Below are positions 37,369 to 48,947 of a stretch of DNA of 64,000 nucleotides, in pieces (position 1 is the stretch's first letter; every line of letters begins with the position of its first letter). The DNA is from Cyanophora paradoxa CCMP329. Lineage: Eukaryota; Plantae; Glaucophyta. The position numbers were made by a program, and so were the translations under genes. The stretch is taken from positions 87,869-151,868 of the forward strand of contig QPMI01000057.1 in assembly GCA_004431415.1 (NCBI GenBank), given 5' to 3'. The notes beneath the pieces are model-generated. The model searched no databases, was not told the DNA's origin, and worked only from the letters and a program-made list of their open reading frames with translations.

Positions 37369-40300
37369 TCAGGAGGGGAAGAGGGGCGGGGCAGAGAGAT
37401 CGTCAAGAGCCTGCCGGAGGTAGATGGAGACTTCCATGAAAGAGGGTCTGACAGGCAGACGGCAGTGAGGTCGCGCGGAGCGCACGGATGCTCTTTACGG
37501 ACCGGTTTGCGGGGTTGGGCTCTAGGCAAGACGCCGCCAGATGCTGCAGCCAGGAGGGGGCATCTGAACGACCCCGTCAAACGGGGAGCGAGGGGAAAGA
37601 AGGAAAGGGCACGAGGGCGGACGGGGCGGGATGGGGAGGCGCTGGCCGGCAGCGTGGGCGGCGCGAATGTGGGCGGGGTCGAGGCCACGCCAGGGGAGAG
37701 CACGGGCGGCCATCTCCCACAGAATGACCCCGTAGCTGTAGACGTCGGCCTGCCGGGCTGGCTCTGCGAGGCCGCGCAGAACCTCGGGGGCTGCCCACGC
37801 AGCGCTCGCCACCGGGTCTGCAACGCAGAAGTCCGCGACCTTGGCGCGCCGCCGCGCATCGAGCTGCGAGGGGCGCGGGGGCTCACTAGAGCAGCAGCAC
37901 ACGGGGCGGAGAAGAGAACGCACGAGGACGTTGGTGGACTTGAGGGCGGCGTGGCAGGCGCCGCGGTGGTGGAGGAAGTGCATGCCGTTGGCGACGTCTG
38001 CAGCGATGCGGAGCTGCTCTTCCTCACTGAGGGGCGCCCCCTGGCGGTGCAGCGCGTCGAAGAGGGATCCGCCTGGCAGGAGCTCCGTGATGAGCGCCAC
38101 GTGGGGCGGCGCCGCCAGGGCCCCCAGCACCACCACCACGTTTGCGTGCTTCAGCCGCCTGCGCACGCCGTGAGGGGCCCTTCCCCGCGGCGGCCGGGGC
38201 GTGCCCCACGTACATGGTCGCCTCAACGTCGGCAAGGAAGGCGCTGATGCCGTCTAGCTCGCCCCGCGGCGCCAACGCCGTCGGCCGAAGCCGCTTCAAC
38301 GCCACCTCGAAGCCGTTCCAGAGCGCACGGTGCACTTCCCCGCGCGGGCCCTGCCGCCAAGCGAGCCTCAGAGCACGTGGGGCGGGCGGGGCGCGGGAAC
38401 CGCACCTCCGCGATGCGCTCGCGGATCTGAAGCTCCGACAGGGGTACAATCCACGGCCGGTTGCTGTCACGCGTCGCGCTCGCCGTGGGGGCGACGGGGC
38501 CTGAAACTGCCGCAGGCGCGGAGGGGGCGCCCGGGGCTGCGCGCCACTGCATCTCGCGCTGTCGGAGCTGACCGCGGTGGTGCAAATAGCCGTTGGTCCA
38601 GGGGCCAATCGATCGCTCCTCGCCGTCCTCTTCCTCCTCCTCCTCCTCCACGACGCTCGCGCTACGAGCTCCATTCTCTGCCAGGCTGATCTCCGCCTCG
38701 GAGCCCGCGAGCGCGCCGCCAAGGCCGCCTGGCGGCATCCGGTCGAGGGCAAGGACAGGGTTGACGGCCCAGGCGAGGCTCTCGAGGCTGCCGCCTGCCT
38801 GCGCCTTGCCCCCAGAGCTGGACGCTGCAGCGGCAGCGGCGGCGGCCGCCGCTGCCGCCATGGCAGCCTGCGAGAACTGCGGGATTGGTTGCTGCGCCTG
38901 TGATGGAAGTGGCGCTGTCGCTGCTCGCGGAAGGCCAGTAGGGAACAAGCTGCCTGCCTGCCCCAGCCCAGGCACCATCCCGTACCCGCCCTGCGTCGCT
39001 GCGGCCATTGCCGCCGCCGCCGCCGCTGCTGCCGCCGCCGCTGCTGCCGCCGCCGGGGAACTTGTTGCAGGGCCGGTGCCAGTGCCCGCCCGGCTCTGAG
39101 AGGCGCTGTAGGTTGCTGAGGGCGCGCTGGGGAAAGGTCCCGGACCCGAAGGTCCCGCGGAGAAAGTGCGCGGTGCGGCGGAGAAGAGAGGTGACGGGCC
39201 GGTGGGAGATGACGCCCGTGCCGGCGGAAAGGGCTGACCGCCGCCCTGCGCTGGAAGGAGGTATGGAGGCGCGACGACCGCGGCTCCCGGCGGTGAGAGA
39301 GAGCTGCCGGGAGGCCCGCCAGGCGCGGACTGCTGGCTGCCCGGTCGCTGCGCGTAGGATGACGGCACGAACGGCGCAGCATCCGGATGGAGGCTGCTGC
39401 TGCCACGGCCTGCTTGCCGGCCCCGCGCGTGCGGCTGCGCCTGACCGAGGGCTTGGGCTTGTGAATGGGCGGGGGCCTGGGCCGGTAGATGCAGTGGCGC
39501 CTGCGTCAAGACCTGGGTCTGCGCCTGCGCCCGCACTTGCGCTTGGGCCGATGAAGAGCCAGCGGGGGCGACCGGCTGCTGGGGTGGATGCGCCGGCTGT
39601 AGGGATGGGGGCGGCTGCATCGACTGGGGTTGCTGCTGGGGCTGCGGGGCGGTCGATGGGCTGCCCTGCGCCACGGCGGACACCGATGGGACAGAGGGGG
39701 GCTGAAGGACACCCGGTAAGACGTGAGGCGGAGGGGCGAGCGCCGGGCCCAGCGACGGCAGCGTGGGCGACGTGCCCAGCAGCGGCGCCGGGCCGGGCAC
39801 TGGGCGGGGAAGTGCGCCACCAGCGGCCACTGGGACAGGCGGGCGAAGCGGGGTGTGGTGTGGCAGGTGCCCTGCAATTGGGCCTGCCACGGCCGGGACG
39901 GCGAGGGGGGTCCCTGGCGAAGGCAGGATAGCACCGCCGGGGGCCGGCTGTGGTTGCGGTCTGCTGAGAATGGCGGATGACTGCGGTGAAGGGGTGCGGG
40001 CCGAGCTCCCGACGCCAATCAGACCTCCAGCAGCAGCGCCCGGCGGCGCTACGGCCAGGGGGGCCGGGGAAAGGACCGGAGGTCCCCTCTTGGGTACCGG
40101 TGGCCGGCCCGCCGCAGGTGCTGGGCCCGGTGTTGGGCCCGACGCGGCCTTGCGGGAGGGCGGCGGAGGTGCGGGCAGCCGAGGCGGCTCCTCGGCGGGG
40201 CTCGAGGCCCCGCGCGACTTGCGGGGTGCGCCAACGACATGCCACTCCTCCCGCATCTCGCCCCGCTCCGCAGCCGCCTCCAGCTCCTCCAGGCCCCCCT

Positions 40301-43300
40301 CCGGCCCGCTCGCATCCCCTTCCCGCGAAGCGCCGGCCGAGCTACCGCTGACATCCGCACGTTCCTTACCAGCCTCCTTCCTGCTCCCTCTCTTGCCGGG
40401 CGCCTCTCTTGCCCTTGAGAGCCCGCCGGCCAGCGAAGCGCCCTCGGCGGGGCTCCTCTCCGTGTCGGAGTCATCTTTACTCGCCTCGCCAGTCGCCTTG
40501 CTTCCGCTGCCGCTGGAGGAACCACCGCCGCCGCTGCTGCCGCCACTCCCGCTGCTGGCGCCAGCTTCGCTTGACCGCGCAGTAAAGGCACCGGCCTCTG
40601 CAGGGGAAGCCTTCTCCTCGGCCTTCTTCTGCTTGTTCTTCTTCTTCGCAGGAGGAGCAGTGGGCGCAGGGTCCGCCTTGCACGCATCCTCCGCGTCCTC
40701 CCCCTTGTTCGCACTGCGGCCCGTTGCGCCACTTTCCGTTGCCTTGGCGGCCGCCTTCGCCTGCTCCTGCACGGCGGCTGCGGATGCCGCCGCCGCCGCG
40801 GCTGCTGCTGCTGCTGCCGCCGCCGCAGCAGCAGCTGCGGCTGCCTCGGCGCGTGAGCGCTCCTGCTCGAGGCGCCGCTCGCGCTCCTCGCGCTCCTTGG
40901 CGTCCCGCTCCTCCTTCTCCTTCAATTGCTGCAGCTTCTTCCGCTTCCGCTTCGCTGCCGCCGCGCTCAGTCCCTGCTCCCCGTCCACCCCTTCGCCAGC
41001 TTCCTCGCCCGCGCGCCCTGCCGCAGGGGCGTGCGCCGCCTCGCCGTTGGCGTCTCCGCCAGCGGGGCGGAGGCGGAGATAGTAGAGGGTCGCCCGGGCA
41101 CGGGGCGCAACCTCGGCCTCGCCGGCGGCGGGGGTGTCGACGTTGGAGGCGACGGGGTCGGCGAGGAGGAAGGAAAGCGGCGTGGAATCGCTCCGCGGCA
41201 GGGGCGCGGGGGCGGGCCGGCTGGCAGCCGCGTCGTGCCGCACAAGGCGGAGCTGGTTCACGGAGACGGCCAGTTTGGCGGAGACGAGGGCTGTTAGGAA
41301 GGAGGCCGGCAGCTTCCGGCTGAGCTCGAGGGTGAGGGCAGGGCCCGGCGTGAAGCCGGCGGGCAGGGAGGGGGAGGCGCTGTAGGGGAGGAAGGCCTCG
41401 GCGTCGAGGAGCGTCACTGAGACGCGGTTGAGGAGGTAGTCGTAATACTCCGGGATGCTCCGGATGGGGCCCCTGCGGAGCGTCAGGCCGGGCGGCCCGG
41501 CGAAAGGGCGGGCGGGGCGAACTCTGGAAAGGGGCGCGTCTGGAAGACGATGATGTCGCCGTTCTCGAGCTCGCACTTAGTCATCGTCGAGTCCGGCTCC
41601 AGGTACTCCAGCATCGACGGCTTCACCTCCTCGTACGCCGCCAGCGACACAGTCCGGTCCAAGTCCGGCTTGAAGCGCTTCAGGATCCCCGCCAGGTGTG
41701 ACACGCGCGTCCGGCCCTGCGCCGGCTTCGTCAGGGGGCAGTGCAGCGGGCGCGCGAGAAAGGGCGCGCCTTGACGACCGCGTGGCCCAGGTACTCAAGG
41801 GTAGTTGTGCGGGGCTCATAGAACTGCGCGGGGGCGCGCGTGACGCGGGGGCATGGGCAGGCAGGAGGCGGGGGCGGGCCTTGAAGAAGAGCAGGCGCTC
41901 GTCCTTTGCGGGCGGTGCGGCGGCCTCCTGCTCCGACGCGACGCCCTCGACGAAGAGCTCGAGCTCTTCGCAGTCGGTAAACATCTCCTTCAGCTCTGCG
42001 CGCTCCTTCCGTCAGGCACCCCGCCCCGCCCGCCCCGCCCCGCCCCGCCTCACGCACTGCACGTCTTTGAGGGAGGTACGACGCAGATGTCGGGCCGCTT
42101 GGTGTTGTTAACGCGGCGGTGGAAACGCCACAGGCGCTGCCGGTCGGGGGCTATGTTGCAGAGGGGCTGGAGGGCGGAGCGGAAGGCGTCGAGGGGGGAT
42201 CCCTTGGGTAGAAGGAGGGGCTCGATGGCGGCGAGGACGGATTCGTCGGCGAGGTCTGCCCCGTGCTGCCCCCGCAGCAGCTCCTCCGAGACGACCCGCA
42301 CCGCCAGCGGCGCCGCCTCATCGTCCCGCTCCTTCCGCTTCTCCTCCTCAGACTTGTCCCGTGGGAACTCCTTGTCGAGGGCGGCGCGGATGGACTCCGG
42401 GACGTCCCGCTCGAGCTCGAGCGGGGCGAGGGCTTCCGAAGCGTCGGTGCGGCGGACGTAGACGAGCATGCAGGCGCTGTACTCCTCCTCCTCCGTCGTT
42501 GACCCAAAGTTGGCGTCGATCACCGCCTTCTCCGTCACCTCTGTCACCGTGTCGTCCGCGAACTCGTACCTGCGCCCACCTCGCACCGCCGCCGCCCGCC
42601 CCGCGCTCGCCCCGCGCCCGCGCCGGCGCACCACTGCGACCCCGGCAGGATCTGGTTCGTAGCGAAGACGGGCCGCACGTAAGCCATGTAGTTGTCGTTC
42701 CCGTCGTCCCCGTGTGCTACGAGGCTGCAGGGACGATCGGAACGGGTGAGCGGGGCGTGCTGCGCGGCAGCCCTGGGGGGGGGGGGGGGGGGGGGGGGGG
42801 GCGGAGGGGCGCGCGCCTGTGGAGGTCGTAGACGGGAGGGGCGGAGCGATCGGCATCGTCGGCGAGGAACTCCTCAAGGTCGATCGTCGAGGAAAACTCG
42901 AGCGGGTCATTCACCTACCAGCCCAGCACCCGAGTCAGCGCCGCCGCCGGCACGCGCAACGCTCGCTAAGGCGTGCCTTGAGATCCTGATCCTCGTCTTC
43001 GTCCAGCTTAAAGCGCTCCAGGTGGACGATGAGGACAAGCGGGAGGCTCTTGAACTTGACCGCCCCGCGCGCCCGCTCTGCCCCCGCCGCCCCTCCAGAC
43101 GAGCTGCTCTCGCCTCCCGCGCCCTCGCCGAAGCCACTGCCAGACTGGCCGGGACTAGAGCCCGGCTGCGCCGGCTCCGGGAGGCGCGTCTCGAGGTGCT
43201 GTGCGATGGCGTCCAGCACGTCGATGCAGCCCTCTACCTTCAGCAGCAGGTCTGCCCGCGCGTCAGGCGGCGCTCCCCAGGTGGGCAGGGCGGCCCGCAC

Positions 43301-44653
43301 GGGTGAAACTCTCGTCGTAAGCCGTCGCGTCGTCCGCACTCTGCACGCGGCAGCTGTACTTCCCCGAAAGTAGCCGCGCTGCGAAAGGCTGCAGCGCCGT
43401 GCTCTGCGACGAGTTGTGGGGCGAGAGCGCGGCAGGGACGGCACAGTGCGCGACGAACATGAGAGAGGACCCATGAGGAGAGGAAGCGCTCGACCTCGGA
43501 GAGCTCGCGGAGCGGTAAGAACTCAGCCCAGTGTCGTCCGCTTGCCCTTATCAGGTCCGCGGTGTCAACGCCCTTTGCCTCCACCGACAGGCCGTAGTAC
43601 AACGATTGTAAGCATCTTGTCAGGTCGTAGGGCGGCTGCGCCTCCGGATCGAATGGCAGGCTAAACAAAACCTGCAGCACTCCGTTCACAAAGACGAATG
43701 TGGAATGAAAGCAGAACACGCAGACTTTTCTGAACGCGGGCACGTGATGCAGGATCCGAAGCAAGTAGTTCAGAAAGCCAGTGTCTTGGTTGTCCTTGTT
43801 CTTGATAGGGACGTAACCCAGCTTCTTCTTCAGATCTGCCATGCTTGTACTAGTGACGAACAAAAGAAAAAGCGCATGTGTCAGCGCCCTCTCCGGCAAG
43901 CAGGGCGCCGTGGGAGCTTACGTGACGACCGGCTTTTGGTTCTTGGCCTTAATTGGTCTCGTAGTATCCAGCGACACGGTTACGTATAGCCGATCGTTGG
44001 CCAAGAACCCGCCCTTGGGGTCATTGAGCGTCGCCAGCTTCATGAACTGCGCATGCGCGTTCGCTGCGCGAAAGCCAGAGCTGCGTGAAGGCATCCGCAC
44101 CTGCGTGAAGCCCCAGTCGCTCTCGTTTGCGTCAAACATATGCTCGGCCTCTGCCGGGCGACAAACATGAGTAGGATCGGCATATGCCTATGCGGGAAGC
44201 CCGGCGCCCGCAGCGCCCCGGCCGGGATACAGATCGACATGGATCGCGATGCAGGCGAACCTCGGGTCACCGATTTGCCCTTGTCCGACTGGTTCACAAC
44301 CGTCAAAGAAAACCATGCGGGCTGGCGCCACCCGCTCGGCAGCGTCTTTGCGCCCTCCACATCAATGTAAAGCGATAGCTCGTCCACATTGTTGCCTTTC
44401 GGAAACACCAGCAGCCGCCTGCGGGCCACGGCTGCGTGAGTGCAATCCAGCGGCGCGGGCCAGCCAGCGGTCCAGTCGCGCCAGCGCACCACTTGTAGCC
44501 GGCGCATGCAAAAGATTCCGAGTAGAACTTCTTCTCGCGCCGCCGGGAAAACTTCTTGATCTCAAAGGTGTACGAGCGCCGGAGCTGCACGGCTGTTGAT
44601 GTCGATGCAACAACAGGCTCACAGGAGCTTGAACTCTCTCCTGCCGGCGACAT
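37369..44653 (-). CDS. Fusion of MATH, USP7/UBP12-like peptidase (catalytic residues lost), UBL domains, low-complexity/PAM2 region and Raf-like (TKL) pseudokinase; multi-exon
   Basis: MATH: [28 protein letters not shown]|[19 protein letters not shown]...ESDWGFTQ|[23 protein letters not shown]: GYVPIKN...[56 protein letters not shown]: [22 protein letters not shown]|[15 protein letters not shown]. Kinase: WIVPLSEL...VALKRL...LKHANVV...[15 protein letters not shown]...[11 protein letters not shown]|...KVADFC...WAAPEVL...[12 protein letters not shown]...NRPSFME. Confidence 0.8.
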
Positions 44654-44759
44654 AGCGCCCGGCGAAGCCGGCGCGAGCGCAGCCGGCGCAGCCCAGCACA
44701 GTTCGATGTACCCCTGGTGGCCCTGGTCGACTCCTGGTCACCCCTAGCCTGGCGGGCAG

Positions 44760-46272
44760 ATGTCGGCTTTCGACGATTGCTCCGCGGCGTTTGCGAGGGG
44801 CTGTACGCGCGTGGTAGTCGCTCAGATATGCCGAGAGCTCGGCTTCAGCAGCGTGCACGGCTCCGCACTCGAGGTGCTCTCGGAGATGCTGGAGAAGTGT
44901 GCGTGACGGCTCTTCTTCATCTGTCGTGCTCTTGGAGCCCGCGCGCCATGCGGGCCCACGGGCCTCACTCATGGTCAGACGTGGAGGAGACCGGCGCGCT
45001 GGCGCACGCGAACGCGGAGGCGGCTGGTCGGACGGAGGTAAACTTCTTCGACGTTCGGACGGCCCTGGAGCGAGTGCGCACTACCTTTCCTCGCGGAGAG
45101 GGTGTGGTGCGAGCGTGCTCTTTGCGAAGGTGCAGGGGCGGTACATGCCAAGCGATCGTGTATTAGAGGAGCTCATGCAGATGAAAGCGCACTTTTTCGC
45201 CGATCTCCAGTTCGAGAAGGGTGAGAGTCTATCCCTGTGTCGGCGTGTTGGCCTAACGCAGCTGCAGGTGAACTCCCGCGCTTTCCGCTGAAGCGGCAAA
45301 GGAGAGCAGACTCAGAGGCCGCACAACAACCGGTATCGGGATCATCCTCCGAGCCAATGCCCGACCACGTCCCCCCACATCTGCCACCGTTCCCCCCACG
45401 GCACACTTACAAATCGACGCCTGTGCGTGGCAGATGCGGACGTTGTAAGCGCGCACGCGGCATTTCTGAACATAGATGCAGGTCTTCGACGACAAGGCAC
45501 CCGATCCGCGAGCGGCGCGGAAGGACCGGAACAAGGAGCAACGTGATGGAGAGAAAGCGCTGCATCACCTCATGGACCGCGCCACAAAGGCATATGGTCT
45601 TTTCGTTGCGAGAAATTCTCGCGATATGAACATGCTGCAGATTAAGCCCCATGATTTCTTCACGCATCATCTCCTCGAGAGCGTCCCCTCCTCGGCCCCT
45701 GCGATCAAGGGTCCGCCCCATCCCCAGAAGACCAACCCAATTGCCGACTCCACCGCAGAGATGCTTCGCAACCCTCGGCCGCCGAGCCCCCCCACTGCTG
45801 CAGTTCCCTCTGCCGCCCCCGGCCCCAGCATCTTCTTTCCACCTGACCTCACTCTTGTGCGGCCATCCTTCCTGCCTTCATGGTGCGGTCAGTCGCTGAC
45901 CCGTATGCAGAGCGAACCGGTCGAGCATGGTACACACGCATGCACGTATCCGTGGAAAAATCGAATAATGAGCGCCCAGCAGCAGGGGAGCCGCCATCGA
46001 TAGCGCGAATCGGGGAGGCAGCAGAAAAGTCAGGGCTGCATCCGCTGATGTCAGTCAGCGGGGAGTCGATCGTAGGACGGCCACGCATGGAGAAAGCCCC
46101 TGACGTCACCCTAATGGTGCAAACCCATGCAAGGATATGCGGGGCTTGCTTTTTAATCATGCCCTTCCAGGAGAAGAAGCGTCAAAAGATGGAGCGCATT
46201 CTGCAGGGGGCAGCCGAGGAAGATGATGATGATGCTGCTCGACTGGAGGTTGCAATCGAGTCTCGTCTCTGA
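44760..46272 (+). CDS. TAF8: TFIID subunit TAF8 (bromodomain-associated histone fold plus TAF8 C-terminal motif), multi-exon; end approximate
   Basis: FARGCTRVVVAQICRELGFSSVHGSALEVLSEMLEKY|VEETGALAHANAEAAGRTEVNFFDVRTALER; PDHVPPHLPPFPPRHTYKSTP|VFDDKAPDPRAARKDRNKEQRDGEKALHHL. Confidence 0.85.
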
Positions 46273-46364
46273 GCTGCAAATCAAGGGCAGACTGTCTTTG
46301 GGGGCTTGGGAATTCGAATCCAGGTGGAGGGCGAGGCCTGTGCTGGGCTGGCTGGACATTTCAA

Positions 46365-47362
46365 CGTCCGGGCAACAAATGTGGGGTGTACACTGTAGTG
46401 CCACGGCCGCGGGAGCAGCCCACCAGCGCAAGCAAGCTGGCCAGCCGGGCCCTGCATTGCCCTTTTAGGGAGTAATGCGCCTCCTCGCGGACAGTTACGC
46501 TAAAGCCAGCTCTACAGCATGAGAACCAAGAAAATCTCACAGTCAGGACAATGTTCTGCTGGCATGGAATCGAAAGAACTATCTTGTAGACTGTTTCTTA
46601 TGGCGATTCTCACGGAAAGCCCATTAGAGACTCTGAGAATCGAGTTCTTAAGCATGTGAAGCTGGATTTCTTTGCCTGTTCTTATGCACGTGAACTACAA
46701 GCGTAAGAGGAACAAGCGAAGCTCCTATGCGGGGGAGCCCCTTCGGCAGGGGCGGGGGGGGGGGGGTGGGGGGGGGTGGGGGGGGTGCTTTAGCATGAGG
46801 CTGTCTTGGGCTTTGATTTGGATTTGAGCCCGGCGGCCTGTGAGGCCGGGCTTTGCGCATACATGCCGCATGCCTGCAAAAACGTTAACGAAATCTGGAA
46901 TTCTGGTGAGACATCCGTTTCGTCAATGCCTCAGAGTCTCGGCAATGTTGGTGCTTGCAAGCTGTGACTACTAAGTTAGCCAGGGCGTCCTTGATCTGCG
47001 ATTACGATCGTAATTATAATTAGGACGTCTTAGCTTTTGATCTGCGATTACGATTACGATTACTGACTCCATGTCGGGCCCCCCCAAAGGGCCTGTAGGG
47101 GCTCCCGCCACCGCCCCGAGACGACCCCCGCCGCCACAAGACGCGATGCAGCACCACGCCGCGCATGCGGGCACATGTAGCTCTAGCTAGCCAGAGTGTC
47201 CGCGGGGAGGCGCATTACTCTCCTTAGGGGGCCACGCAGGGCCCGGCCGGCCAGCTCGCTGCCGCCGCATGCAGCTGGTGGGCTGGGCCCGCGGCCGCGG
47301 CGGCCGCAGTGTACATTCCCACACTTGTAGCCCGGACCTGCGTTTTAGTACGTGTCCAAATG
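46365..47362. mobile_element. Family A pair: inverted degenerate copy (46365-46492) and forward copy (47063-47362)
   Basis: 46365 cgtccgggcaacaaatgtggggtgtacactg...gggagtaatgcgcctcctcgcggaca is reverse-complementary to family A; the forward copy ends gtacgtgtccaaatg. Confidence 0.65.
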
Positions 47363-47995
47363 CGTGACAGACATGGATATGTGCTGCGGTGTGCTCGTCA
47401 GAACAGTATCAGTATCAGTACTCGTGTAGCTGTCTTAGCGATCCTGCGCCGGGAAGCCCGCGCCCGCAGTGGTCGAAAATCGATGGTGACGGAGCTAGAC
47501 GCCGCCGAATGTATCGTGTTCAGTATCATGCAAGCTCCATTACTGCCATCTGTCGCCTAGCCCGCTGCCCCCCTCGCTGCGCCATCACACAACACATAAT
47601 TCCCAACCCAATTGCTGTATTAATTTTCTTAGTAGTATGCGCTCCTAGATCATCGGATCCCTAGCAAACAGCTAGCTGGTCAGATATAGTCTGTGATCGA
47701 CAATATAATAACGGTCTGTGATCGCTATGGCTAGCTAGCTATAGCGCGAGCTCGGGTCCACAAACTCGCGTATAGTATGGCTAGCTAGCGCGAGCGCTAG
47801 CGCTGGCCAAGTGCGTGCACGTGCACGTGCTAGGGGCGACCGCATATGCATGCGCAGCGCGCGCGCGATATTGATTCCGAAGTTCCGAAGTTCCGCGCAG
47901 CTTGCCCGCCGGGCGTCGCTTCCTCCCTAGGCTTAGCTCCTCCGAGGCTCCATCTTCGCCTGCGGGCCCCGCCGCGGCAGGCCCCCCTTCGTCCC

Positions 47996-48158
47996 CATCG
48001 TAGTTTGTAGGAACCCCAGGGGGAAGTTGCGCGCCCCCCTTCAAAAGGCTTCAGAGGCCAGGGCCCTGCCTGCGTCGTCCGCGGCTTCTCGCCCCCGTAG
48101 GTAGCACCGCCGCTTCTAGCCTGCGTTGTCCGCGGCTAGTATGCCAGTGTTATCAATG
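47996..48158 (+). repeat. Repeat family B copy
   Basis: Near-identical to 2939-3085 (tcgtagtttgtaggaacccc...gctagtatgccagtgttatcaatg). Confidence 0.85.
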
Positions 48159-48427
48159 CAATGTGCAGCACACAGCTGCAGCACCGACTGCGTAGAGGAA
48201 GCGCCTGCCCTCAAATTAGCGGCATTTTGCAGTGTGTGCGGGGAAACGCACTGTTCGGTTCTGGCCCAGTGCACGTGGGTAACGTTAACGTTGACGGCAA
48301 AGGCAAAGCGAGAGGGGTACGAGACTCGGCAAACCAGGGTGGGTACTGGTAGATCAGGTGATTGTGATTGCTGCTTGCGACTTGATCGAATTTCGCTGTA
48401 GTTCGCATTCGAAGTACGTTCGACACA

Positions 48428-48947
48428 ATGGCCTTCACCTTCGCCGCCCGCCCCGCTTTCTTCGGTAACGCCGTCGCCCCGGCGAAGACCGTCGCGGCCT
48501 GCCCCGTCAACGTCGCCGTTCGCGCCGAGAAGGAGGAGGCCCCGTCGAAGTCGCTCGTCTCGCCCGTTGTGTTCGCCGGCAAGCTCCAGGGCGCCGAGGG
48601 CCGGACCATCCGCGTACGTACGCCCCGAGGGCTCGTTGGCGAGCGCCTGAGCCCCCTGGCGCGCAGCTCTCCGTCACCTACCCCAAGCTCGGCGGCGCCA
48701 CCGCCTCGTTCCCGATCAAGGCGAACTACAGCAAGCTCGTTCAGTACTCTGAGTGGACCAAGGTCAGGCGTCGCTTCGGAGCAGGCCTGCGAACGAGCTG
48801 AACCAGTTCCGCAGGAGTACATGCGCATTGTGAAGGCTGGCGGCCGCGTCACTGGCGTCGAGGTTTGCGTTGTACTCGTTCAGGCTTTCTCTGCCGAGCA
48901 TGTGCTGAATCATCGCCGCCCCACAGGTCGTGTCGAAGGAGCTTTGA
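48428..48947 (+). CDS. Phycobilisome small linker polypeptide (ApcC/CpcD domain) with plastid transit peptide, four exons
   Basis: MAFTFAARPAFFGNAVAPAK... (transit peptide) ...GRTIR|LSVTYPKLGGATASFPIKANYSKLVQYSEWTK|EYMRIVKAGGRVTGVE|VVSKEL*, which resembles ApcC (..FTKLVPYENWFREQQRIQKMGGKIVKVE). Confidence 0.82.

Noticed and set aside
38024-41323. Long overlapping Arg/Pro/Gly-rich ORFs on both strands
   Set aside because: Alternative-frame artefacts of very GC-rich coding DNA; the real frame is the 38223-41576 minus ORF
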